64,000 nt of DNA from assembly GCA_043228905.1 (NCBI GenBank), contig JBHGNT010000003.1, positions 3,658,001 to 3,722,000 on the forward strand, in the 5' to 3' direction. Below, in pieces: positions 11,792 to 23,029 of the stretch (position 1 is the stretch's first letter; each line of letters opens with the position of its first letter). The notes beneath the pieces are model-generated. The model did no database searches and had not been told where the DNA came from. It saw only the letters and a list, made by a program, of their open reading frames with translations. Source of the stretch: Azolla caroliniana. Lineage: Eukaryota > Plantae > Polypodiophyta. The translations under genes were made by a program, and so were the position numbers.

Positions 11792-14700
11792 CTAACTCAT
11801 TGTTAGTATCTCACAAATTGGAGATGCAGGGTCTAAATCTGGATGCAAATCCACCTCACATTGAATTTGCATGTCTCCTGCAACCATAACTTGCCCTAGA
11901 TCTAACTTGCTTACATCCACTTCTACAGCTGTGGGTAACCTCTCTGGAACACAAGATAGAGGAAGATAACCGTAATACTGCTTTAATATGCCCCCTGCAA
12001 CCAAAACATCATCTGATTTCAGAAAGAAAACCTGAAACCATTATCGAAACATAACAGAAATGAAAATTAAAACTATTATTACAATAAAGTTACTTGTACA
12101 TTTGCCAAGTTTTCACATAGAGGCAATTATTTGCACATTTCACAATGCCACGTGCAGGCTGGAGTTATTAAATTATTACTTTCCTGTACATCAAGCATGA
12201 AAAAACTCAAGTTATTATCAGTCCCTCTATCACCTACTCTCTTGGTCCCTATACACATGAGGTACTAGATTACATAGAGATATTTGGTGGTTCAAGAGTA
12301 TGCCTAGCAGGTATAGCCATACAAATATTTACTATATTCTGATGATATTGCGCTGATATCCAATTCTCTGGAGGGACTACAAAGACATCTAAATGCCTTA
12401 ACAACAGATTCTTGGTAAACCTATATAAAACGAAAGTGATGGTATTTAACACCACTCAAGCATGGGTAACAAAATCAGAACCAGAATTCTTCTTGGGACA
12501 GGAAAAGGTGGCATACACGTGGTCGTAAACATAACTAAGTGTAACATTTGTAACATTCGTGACGCCTCGGTCTCCTCATGGGAGGATGCCTGGCCTCGAC
12601 TTTCTCGTGGATATGTGACCCTTGGTGCTTTTGAAAGAAAATGTGCACATATACAATTCAATAGCCAGAAGCTAAATTGTGATTATTTGATAGACTTGTT
12701 GCACTGACTCTTATCAGAAACTTAGGGACCGAGTCTTTTCAAAGCAAATAACTGGTAAAATTTGGAGAGACCTTTGGTCTCAATGATTGCATGCATGATA
12801 AAGAGCAAATTGGTTCCCCATGATATAATCCAGGAAGAGATGTTTGCAGCCCAAACAATCACCAATGCATTATTCCAAATCCCGATCATTGGTATCCAAT
12901 GAGTTTGGGAGATGCCTATCTGAAAGCACTTAAGGTTGGCACTTATGTCATCAAAACAACTTCCTGAACATGGAGATGATCATTGTTGGTAAAACACAAC
13001 ATTGTTTCGAGTCACATGGCATAAACATAAATGCACTACTCCTGTTCCAACTGGGACATCGCAAAGGGGTTAAAATAGATTGGGAATTTCAATTTTTCAT
13101 GCAATTAGGCCCCATCTTTGTAGACCACGATCTTGCCACCCTTGTCATTGACAAATGAAGGCCATTTCTCCTGCCATCGCGGATGCTTTCCTTGCTTTGG
13201 AAATATCTAGTGAATACTTTGCACAATGTACTAGTGAAGATACCTCTACCCAGATCCATTAGTATCCAGCCCTTCCACTCCTACTTTCTTCAGTGCGGGG
13301 ATGGTGAATGAGGCTATTGAAAGGTCATATGCAAGAATGGCAAAATCACGAGGGTATAGTTCCAAAGCAAATTAATGGTGCCAGCTGAAAGAAGATATAT
13401 TTGTTCTGTGTATGCAAGGGGAAAATGCCCATTGTAACCAATGATAAAGATATGAGTGGATAAATACATACATGGAATTCAATTGATCCATTCCAAGGGA
13501 ATGAACAAGTAAATGTGACAAAGTAATCTGAGTGTGAAATACACTAACTACATATTAAGATCAGGGATAAAGTGCTCAAATATTTTTTACTCATCAAAAG
13601 GTTATGAAGGTATCAACCAGATGCAGCACAGAAATACTCTTCTGTGAAATGTAGACCTAATAATAGATTTGGGAAAATGTACTTCCTCCAGTGAATTTAA
13701 AAAATATATTTTTTCCAGAATTTATGGAAATCATTTGACACCAAAATTTTGGAAGATTCTAATACAGTCCAATTTAGAGTATTTGTACTTTCAATTTAAA
13801 CACATAAAGATTATTTAAATAATTGCAAGTATTTGGGGTTTTAATTATTAGAGAAATTTCTTCCAGGTTTAACATGAGATAATCATGCATTAAAAACATA
13901 TAGAGATGGGCCAGTCTGAGAGTTTTCTTACCTCTTTTTATGCCTATGCATTCTTCTATTCCTGAGACTACAAGAGGACAATTAAGTTTCATCTTTACTC
14001 CCTCGACTGCTTTTATGAATCGGAGATTCGTGATCCTTCCATTGTTATCAAAGTTTACCTGCATAATTTGAGGAAAAGAAATCAACCAACTATATCACAA
14101 GAAATTTTAGGAATTTTTTATGCGGAAAGTGTCTACTTTCCTTCATGTTTCCCTACAAAGCTAGGTACCTAATGTGGGGAAGAATCCACCTCCCCTTGAT
14201 GTTTCTTACCATGTTCAACAGCATCAGCATTAGAAACCCAGGCTACACATACATGGCAAGGTATCATGTGGGGAAGAATCATGTTTCTCCACACTGATCA
14301 AGCATCATAAGTAATAGAAAGTGAAGTTCCATATACCTAGCTAGGTGCCCATGTGAGGAAAATCAACATTCCTCTGATGTTACGAATAGCTTCTATAGGA
14401 AAAACTCTGAATTCATAGGTAGGTGCCCATATGGAAAACAGGTCACTTCCATTCTTGTTTTCTTACACTATTTGTAAGGGCAAAGTAATCCCATGTGTCA
14501 TGATCGTGAATATCCAGGAGGCACTGTGCAAGGGGCTTGTGCACTAGGATAATCCCAGGGGTCAGGGGTCAGGGGTCAGAGAAACAGTGTATGGACCTTA
14601 ATTAAGCAGATTGTTCATATGCAATCCACTGGTATATAGATGTGGCTATATATTGAATGGTTGGGTGGAAATTTGATGCTGCTTGACCTTGGCGTCAGTT

Positions 14701-15781
14701 AAACATGGACATCAGGAAGGGCAGAAAAGAACCCACTTTCCCTCAAGTTTTCCTGTAGTGTTCAACAATATGAGCTTTTGGAAGCGAGGCTCCACAATTC
14801 AATAATTTCCCAAGTCCAACTACTTTCCTTCATGTTTCCCTATAGTTTCCAACATTGTGTGTTTCTGCAGAAGTGACTCCGCAGACATATCTACACTTCC
14901 ACATGGACAAGAGTCCTATTGTGTTCTCCCTCATGTTTACCAACAATACTAACAGTATGAAAATTTTCGCGCCAAGGCTTTGCATACTACAAAATAAGAA
15001 CAGTTTTCTTTATGTGTCCCTTCAGTATTTAACAATATGCCTAGGTAGGTAAGCAAATCTAAGCCTGTAATATTATCTCCTAATACACTATGTGAGAGTG
15101 TTAGTGCAAAAAATGCCTATAAGACTTCATGTGTCTGGCATCCATGTTCAGCAAAAATACCCCAAATATTGAGATGTTTTCAAATAAAAACCCTTCACAT
15201 ATTGAGAGACATTTGTACATAAAAAAAATCAACAAAATATAAATTGACGATAAATTATAAATTAGAGATAAAGATTAAGAATCACTTACAGTGCGAGGCA
15301 AGACTAATTGGGTCATGGTGTTTTCCATGTAAGCATCATTGAAATGGTTAGAAATATGCAAGAAAAACACTGTGGACATGAACACTCGGTGACCCATCTT
15401 CTGCAAGAAACCCGACACATCTTTCTCTTTGAGGAAAAGAAGCAAACTTGTGGTTTGTGGATGAAGATGACCCCTTTTCTTGTTAGGGGGATCACTGATC
15501 ATGCCATCGCAAACGACTGCTGTGACAAGCCCACGGCTTCGGTAGTAGTCAGCAGAGAATGCGTCTTGTGGGTGCTTGATTCGGGCAAGGGCTTGAAGGA
15601 TAGGTTTCTCTGGTGGTGATGGTGATGGCGATGGCGATGGTGATGGTGATGATGATGATGGTGGTACTGATGATGATTCAATGATCGAATAGAAACGAGA
15701 CACCTGGCAGAAACAGGAGGAGGAGGAGGCGGAGAATGAGGGAGGAGACTTGAGGAAGCTCCTTCTGAGCCTGCTCTGCAT
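11792..15781 (-). CDS. Organellar (probably mitochondrial) ribosomal protein bL25/CTC (TL5) family. Exons 15781-15290, 14058-13932, 11994-11792
   Basis: Ser/Arg-rich transit peptide, L25 domain (YYRSRGLVTAVV...QLVLPRT|VNFDNNGRITNLRF), TL5-C domain (CPLVVSGIEECIGIKRG|GILKQ...LPTAVEVDVSKLDLGQ...PICEI). GT-AG introns in phases 0 and 1 are consistent. Confidence 0.85.
12260..13030 (+). mobile_element. Degenerate LINE reverse-transcriptase remnant inside bL25 intron 2
   Basis: Plus-strand translation LLYSDDIALISNSLEGLQRHLNAL (YxDD motif) and LVNLYKTKVMVFN...S*T*LSVTF (decayed SYTYLGVTF), with stops and frameshifts. Boundaries approximate. Confidence 0.75.
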
Positions 15782-16532
15782 AGCTCATGTCTTCTCTTTC
15801 TCGTCTTTCTGTTCCATAAGCTAAGCTTTTCATGGAATATACCCTCTCCTCTTCTTCTTCTTCTGAGGCTTTCCTTTATTTCCGTAGAATGCCCTTCATA
15901 CAATCCCCCCCCCCCCCCCCCCCTTCTTCTTAATCTGCAATCACATTGTGTAAATCCGATTCGATTTAATTAGATTAACTTTGGACCATCCGATTTGATT
16001 CAATTTATTAACTTTAGACCATTCCATTCGATTCAATTCGATGAACTTTGGACCATCCGATTCCATCTTCGATCACTCTTTGCTCTTTTCTTATGCCTGC
16101 AAAGGGCATCAAGAGAAATAATGAAAAACTCAGGGGCATCTGCAAGAGGTGACAGAAACTCGAGAATAGAGAGGAGGGGAGGGTTAGGAAAAGTTATTCC
16201 TTAGTTATTCTATGTAAATACATAGTGACTGTCTATTTCCCCTCATGATACCATTCTTTTTTCGTGAAATGATCGATTCGTTTCTAGCAATTGTATATGC
16301 TTGTAAGGGTCAAATGGATCGAAAACTGCTAATTCGTAACGAGCCATTGAACCTTCCCAGCTATGACTCGCTCTTGTCAAGGACTTGTCCATCAAGAATT
16401 TTTTATCTATAGACACAAGAGTGATCTTTGACTCGGGATTTCAAACATATAATTTGGAAAAATTATATGACCTCTTTTCCTATCATTGTCAAAGCAATGC
16501 CATATTTTTTCTATTGAATCGATCGGATTGTG

Positions 16533-16850
16533 GACATTATAGACCATTTGGATAACTTAAAATCCTATGGTATTTTGTAAATCATATATTGGAGACTTTC
16601 TTTCTTCTTCAACACTTCTTTGAGACAATCTCTTTATGATTGTGTTCAATTTGCAAAAATCTCTCCCCAACGTTTCCACTTTATTTTGCATGTGACATTA
16701 TAGACCATTTGGATAACTTTAAATCATGTAGTATTTTGTCAATCATATATATTGGAGACTTCGTTTCTTCTTCAACACTTCTTTGAGACAATCTCTTTAT
16801 AATCGTGTCCAATTTGTAGAAATCTCTCCCTGACATTTCCACTTAATTTT
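16533..16850. repeat. Tandem duplication, about 161 bp unit x2
   Basis: gacattatagaccatttggataactt...caacacttctttgagacaatctctttat...tttccactt occurs twice. Confidence 0.85.
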
Positions 16851-18086
16851 GTGTGTTTTTAACTACAAAAATTGTTTATGTTCTTTACTTTTTGTGGGGT
16901 TTTACCTCAAATTGAGGTTTTTGTGCCTATAATGTATGTGTTGCAACAAAGTATATAATAAACATGTTATTCAGAAGGATTTCCTTGTTGTATAATGAAG
17001 GTAACAATTTGATTATAGTATAATAGATTCAAAAGCTTGTCAATGCAAATAACTACATAGTTGAGGATATGAAGAGTGAACAAGTCATGGATTTGATACC
17101 CTTCTAGGCAATCCACTCAAATGTACATGGTCCACAACACGTATGGCTAAGATGAAATCACATGGAAACGAGGGCAAGTAAAGAAAGTATAAATATCTTA
17201 ACAAAATGGAATGATACTTACATGTGCACACTCCGAATGTTTGGCAAAATATTCTCCAACCAAATGTTTTCTATGGAGTTTTGTTTGTTACGCTTACAAA
17301 GGAGAATTTGGTATAGACTCTATAGCTAATCCTATATTAACTCTTTTAAAATGATTTGTCTGAAGAATGTAGTCTTTTTTCAATGTTGCCAATCAATCTT
17401 CACACATTATAAAAAAATGTCACTCTTCTAGCTCCGATGTTAGGATGTAAATGATGAGAGTGGGATTATTTCCATTGAGGGTCATGCACAATGCACAAAC
17501 AGAAAACTATACAATTATTGCTTGGGGAATAAATGATATGTGTTGTTGTGTGCCCCTTGAACGTATATTTTGGAGATAAACCAAGCATGTTAAAAAATTT
17601 GTTTCATTCTTGTAATTAACTCAAAAACCTTTTCCTTTTGATGAGTTTTTTGAGGGAAGAAAATGGTCATGTTGTAAACAATGGCAAGGCTCCAATGTTG
17701 TTTCATAATTTTACATGGATATTTCAAAAAGGGCATAAACACCATGCTTTTGACACATACGAAAAGGGATATATTCCATGTGATACCTTTTAAGTGAAAA
17801 GTTTACGGCTTGCTTGACAATGTGACAATGTTCTTTGTTGAGCCCTTCAACATATTGTTGCAAATGCTACTTGGGTCATCCTCTATTAGATGCACATGCA
17901 ACAAGATATTGTAAACAAGTGGTAGTAGAGAGATTTTACTTTGCATTTTGTGTCCATTGTTGGTAGTTTTCAATACTTGTATTAGTACTACTACTAATTA
18001 CTAGGCGGGATTCGTGAGAACGATGAATAGGAAAAGAGCTTAGATGTTAAGAACATTTAAATTAATTTCAAGAGTCTTTAATATCT

Positions 18087-18158
18087 GGTCCCATGGTCTA
18101 GTGGTTAGGACATTGGACTCTGAATCCAGTAACCCGAGTTCAAGTCTCGGTGGGACCT
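18087..18158 (+). tRNA. tRNA-Gln (anticodon CTG)
   Basis: GGTCCCATGGTCTAGTGGTTAGGACATTGGACTCTGAATCCAGTAACCCGAGTTCAAGTCTCGGTGGGACCT forms a 72-nt cloverleaf with anticodon CTG at 18120-18122, A and B boxes and a T-run terminator. Confidence 0.97.
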
Positions 18159-18649
18159 TTTAGAAAGTTGCCCATCTTGTTTTTATTATGTATGTAACTT
18201 TTGATTAAGATTATTGTATATATACTCTTCCTTTTTGTAACTTTTGAATAAGATTATTGTATATGGGTCTTCCTTTATGTAACTTTTGAATAGGATTATT
18301 GTATATAGTCTTCCCTTTGTCACAATGCTTTCGACTTGGATGACATTTTCCCTCCCTAATTTAATCCGTTCTACTAGCCCAAAACATTTCAATTTCATTC
18401 TGTTTATTTTTTCTCCATAAAACCTTGGCTAGAAAAGTGGTATCAGCCCAGCCATCGCAAATGCAAGTCCACCATTGAGACAAACACTTGTCATATTTCT
18501 ATTGTTTTGAAAACTCAAAGAAAGTGTGAGTATGTTAATCCAAGCCAAGTTCTGAGAGCTAGGGGAACGGCATCCTTTTGTACAGGGTTATCATTAGCTA
18601 AAATGTCGGCTGAATGTTTGAACTTCCCAGTTAGCTAGAACTATATGTT

Positions 18650-19088
18650 AAATTTTACATCAGAATTATGATTTTTGGTAATTTCCTATGTAGGGGAAAT
18701 TTACAGGATTATCTTCCTATCCCAACTCTATCATTAGATGGCTCTATCATTTGAACTATATGCTAAAATTTACATTAGATTTATGATATTTGCTCATAAT
18801 TTCCTATTGATCCATGAATGTAGGGGAAATTCACAGGATTTTAATTTACATTTATGACATTTTCTTAATTTCTGACTAATTCATGAGTGTAGGGGAAATT
18901 CACAGGATTTCACATTAGATTTATGATATTTCCTCCTAATTTCCTGTTATTTCATGAATGTAGGGGAAATTCTCAGGATTTCACATTAGACTTGTGATAT
19001 TTTCTCGCAATTTCCTATTATTTAATGAATGTAGGGGAAATTCACAAGATTATCTTTCTATCCCAACTCTATCATTAGATGGCTATAT
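18650..19088. repeat. Minisatellite, about 60-70 bp degenerate units
   Basis: tgtaggggaaatt(c/t)acaggatt recurs about 5 times. ctatcccaactctatcattagatggct occurs near both ends. Confidence 0.8.
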
Positions 19089-19587
19089 TCAATGGCATTT
19101 CCCTTTTCATTAGAAACCAAGTCGTATGTATTTACTATTAACATTCATAAAGCCCCTGTAATGTCTCCTCTGTTTTTATATGAACTAGAAACATCATAAT
19201 GTCATGGAGATTTGTAAAAACACCTGTAAAAGTTTCATCTCCTTAAGGAGTTTAGAAGACAATGAAGTGAATCATAAAATATATATGAATCTGAAATATT
19301 ATTACAACGAATATGTCTTTCGTTAAGCCTATACATTTCGATTTCATGTAAAAAATAACATGACATGCTAATCTCATAAGAAAAAATAAAAAATAAATGA
19401 ACAAATAGCCTAAGTTGCCATATAAGCTCCATTGTGCAATATTCTGCTTCGGTAGATTCCTCCCTTGTTTAGAAGATTCTTTTCATATTTATTTATATAC
19501 ATACACATTATGTAAGGCTGATACTTGTCACACACATTACATGTGCTCCATGCCTTTAAAAACAATTTCTTCTATCCATTTACTCGC

Positions 19588-22500
19588 TCAATGAATTCCA
19601 TCGCCATCCTCCAATGATGCAAGAATCAACCGAGCATCACGTCCAATATGTGAACCTTTTCTGCTTTTCTCAACAATCTGCTTGATGAGAAGTTCTCCTA
19701 ATTGTTCATCCAAATCCGGATAGTAATAATCTTGTTCATTGATTGTAATCCATTCCTTGTCTCCTTCCGGATGACCAAAATCACCACAATTCTCTTCATT
19801 ATGTTTGCAATGGATGGAGTGTCGCTCTTGTATCTTGGGGCTGTTAATGCCAACACAATTTATGAACTCTTCAGCACGATTTGCATTGTAAGATTCCTCC
19901 TTATTAATGGTGAAATCTATACATTTCACCGAGCACGGGGTACTTCCAGAGGTCTCATTTGTTGCATCATCCGAATCAAATCCTCTTGAACTAGAAATAA
20001 GGTGCTCTGGTTGTGGATGTCTAAATGCTGATCTTTTCCGTGAGTTTTTTGTACGAGCAAACTGTTGCCCATTTGTGGGCATCTTCTCCATGCACATAGG
20101 ATCACCATTAACATAAAGATCTTCAGCCAAAGACACCAAGTCCACGTGCTCCAAACCTTCATAGTTCTCCATGTACATAGTATCGAGGTCACGTTCACAT
20201 GCATCTCTCTCCGTGGCTAACTCATCCTTATCCGATCTTAGCGGATGATCATTTGAGGCTTTGGAGAACTCATTACAGGCTTCCATGTAAGCAGCTAATG
20301 CCTCACCTCCCAAAGCGATATAGGCTGTGTTGTTTTTAGTTTCAGTGTCATCACTCTTGAATGAAGAAGAACTCTTCAAATCGGAATTATCTGCATGTTT
20401 AGTTGCACTAACATTACAATCTAGATCAGCTTCATTTCGTAGAAGCTTAATCTCTCTTTCTTTTGCATGCAGCTTCATTTTTAGAAGCTTAATCTCAGAT
20501 TCAAGCTCAGAAATACGAGCCTCTTGCCTTGTTTCCAAAACCTCGTGCAAACGTTTTGCCAAATCTCTTGGAGAGACAGCATAGCTGTTTGCATGCAGAT
20601 CTTCATTAGATGATGCACTTTTATCCTGTGAGTCTTCTTTGAATTCACAAGGAAATCCACTTATTTTCAATTCACCTTGCACCAGACTACCCACTTCCCT
20701 GTTGATCTGCAAATAAAGAAAACTAACAGAATCAGTTAATTTTATATAGTCGTCCTTGACCATTTTGCCAGGACATTTGAATGATTTAAACATCAGGGAA
20801 AGAAAAACAGGGGCTATTTATCACCAAAAACAGCTGGCTGTTTTCCAAGAATTTTGAAGAGATTTTGCCATGCTTATAACCAGTAATTCCTTCACTGTTA
20901 CTCCCCCCCCTTTCTACTCTGTGTAAAATGCTTCATTGAAACGTATTAAAAGAATATCATACCTCACTTGGCCTAGAATCTTTTCTTGCACTTTTTGAAC
21001 CATCTCCATCCCAGCCCAACTCCATTATCTCAAGCTCTGCTACTAGTTCTGCTTCTAGCTTGGATATGTCCTTTCTATGTATTGTCTGTGCCTCACTAGA
21101 CAAAAACATTTTCATTTTGTCAAGAAGGTTCGCGACACTCCTAACATTGATGAATGAATTGGTCATAGAATTTTCTCCTTCTTTTTCTTCAGTTGGTGCA
21201 ACGTCATCACCTTCTCTAGAATAAACAGTAGTCTTCTGTAGACCCTTTATTTTGAGTTCATTCTCCAAATCTTTTGTAAGTGACTGTGCTTCTTTCAAAA
21301 GCAACCCCAATTTTCTTGTTCTCTGCATGTCTGACATTATGGCAAACATTATACCAACACCTATACCAAAATTGAACAAAATTCCTCCGAATGAAGAGCC
21401 AACTAGTCCTGCCACAGAACAAAAAAGTCCATATTTTCATAGAAATAAGGACCTTTTATATGTGTGAACATCTGCAAACTTAAAAGGTATGCTACATATA
21501 GCAACAATATCATCCTTGTATTATTAACATACACAAAAACCTTACCTATGGTGGAGGTTGCGTAGGTGCTCATATTACCATTCCATATGAAAGATAAAGA
21601 CACAAATATGTTGACTATAGTTTCATGTCTTAAGCATACCTTCAATATATGTGCTCACATGTTTTGAAGAGTGTGGCGGAACTCCCTTTTTGAAGTTCTC
21701 ACATGCTTCTTTAATCACTTTCTTTGGGTGTTGCTGCCTGGGTGACAAAAAAGGCAATCCAATAGCAACATCACCCTCAGGTAATTCAACCTTTGCTTCA
21801 CTTGTAGAAATTCCCATGCTACTACTTTCTTCTAATTCTTTCTCCGAGCTTTGGTATGAAGATGATGCCCTCCGAAACTCCTCAAATTTTCGATTTTTCC
21901 TATTATATTCATCCATCTGTGCTGAAAGGCAGCTCTCTAAGGATGACATAGGCTTTTGAATTCCTGGAATTTTCTTTCTCAATAGCTTCCTTCTGCCATA
22001 TTTGCAGGGTGTTCGGGATCTCCTTGAGCTACTACTACCCTTATTTCTTCCTTCAGAATCATGCGGAACAAGCAAACTCTCAGTATCAAGAACAAAGACA
22101 CCCTCAGTAACATCCCAAAAACCAGGCATCCATGTCTTTCCAAATACAAAATCTTCAGCCTGAAACGTTGCAATATCCAAAGCATCCTTGATGTGTTTCC
22201 CTGTATATCCATCACCATCCGTATATCTAGTTCTTGGCATTTTATCATCATCATTCACAACCTTTCTGCAAAGCAATCCAATTGATGAAGGAGATGATAA
22301 ATCATCCATAACAGTATTCAATTTGGGTTCAGATGAAGAAACATGTAATTTCGTTTCAGCATCTTTACCTTGCCCATAGGTATCATCAATGCTTTCCACA
22401 ATCATGCTTTCACAACTTCGACTCAATCGCATCATTGACACTTGTTGGTTAATATCAATCAACTTCTTTTCTTCAACACCCTTTAATGGATCCAGCTCCA

Positions 22501-23029
22501 CAAACTTCTCTTTGGATGCATTTTGGAAGTTCTTCTCTTCCAAGCATCTTTCAAAAGCCTTATTCTTAGGGTTCTTAACAAGCATATGCATCTTGATATC
22601 AACAATCTCCTCCTGATCCCTGTCAAGCATATCAATCCCCCTATCAATCATCTCCTGATGTTCCTTGTCCAGCAACTCCATCTGCCTATCAATAATCTTC
22701 TTGTGCCCCTTATCAATCATATCGATCTCTTCATCGCTACTTTTCTTACCCTCTTTCTTTTCACCTTTATGATGCTTGCGGGCACTGATTCCAGAGGGGA
22801 GGCCCTTGCCACATCGAGGTTTCAAATCTTTGCGCCGAACTGACGATGAAGAAAAGTGATGAGACACACCCCTGTAATATGAAAGTTTTCGGTCTGATGT
22901 GGAAAGTTTTGGATTGAATTTATTATCTTCATCTTCATCTTCAGATGATCCTTTCGGATTATGCGAATTCTGCAATCTTTTTGCAAGATATCCTGACCCT
23001 GCTGCGGCTAAAAGAATCCATACTTCCAT
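19588..23029 (-). CDS. POLAR-family (POLAR-like) coiled-coil protein. Exons 23029-21640, 21408-20963, 20706-19588
   Basis: N-terminus MEVWILLAAAGSGYLAK; motifs KPMSSLESCLSAQ, FNFGIGVGIMFAIMS, ISKLEAELVAELE, YAVSPRDLAKRLHEVLETRQEARISELE, LLIKQIVEKSRKGS recognised from the POLAR/POLAR-like family. GT-AG introns in phases 1 and 0 join the three ORFs. Confidence 0.8.

Noticed and set aside
15499-15903. 134-aa ORF with a long poly-His tract
   Set aside because: Alternative frame of the TCACCA/TCA repeats that encode the Ser/Pro tract of bL25 exon 1.
16900-17950. Coding-like decayed sequence, possibly a transposase (similar impression at about 32.3-33.9 kb and 60.8-61.6 kb)
   Set aside because: No diagnostic motif could be read by eye; it needs BLASTX.
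18650-19088. Repeat-spacer-like pattern resembling a CRISPR array
   Set aside because: The intervening sequences are themselves homologous, the context is eukaryotic and there are no cas genes; it is a minisatellite.
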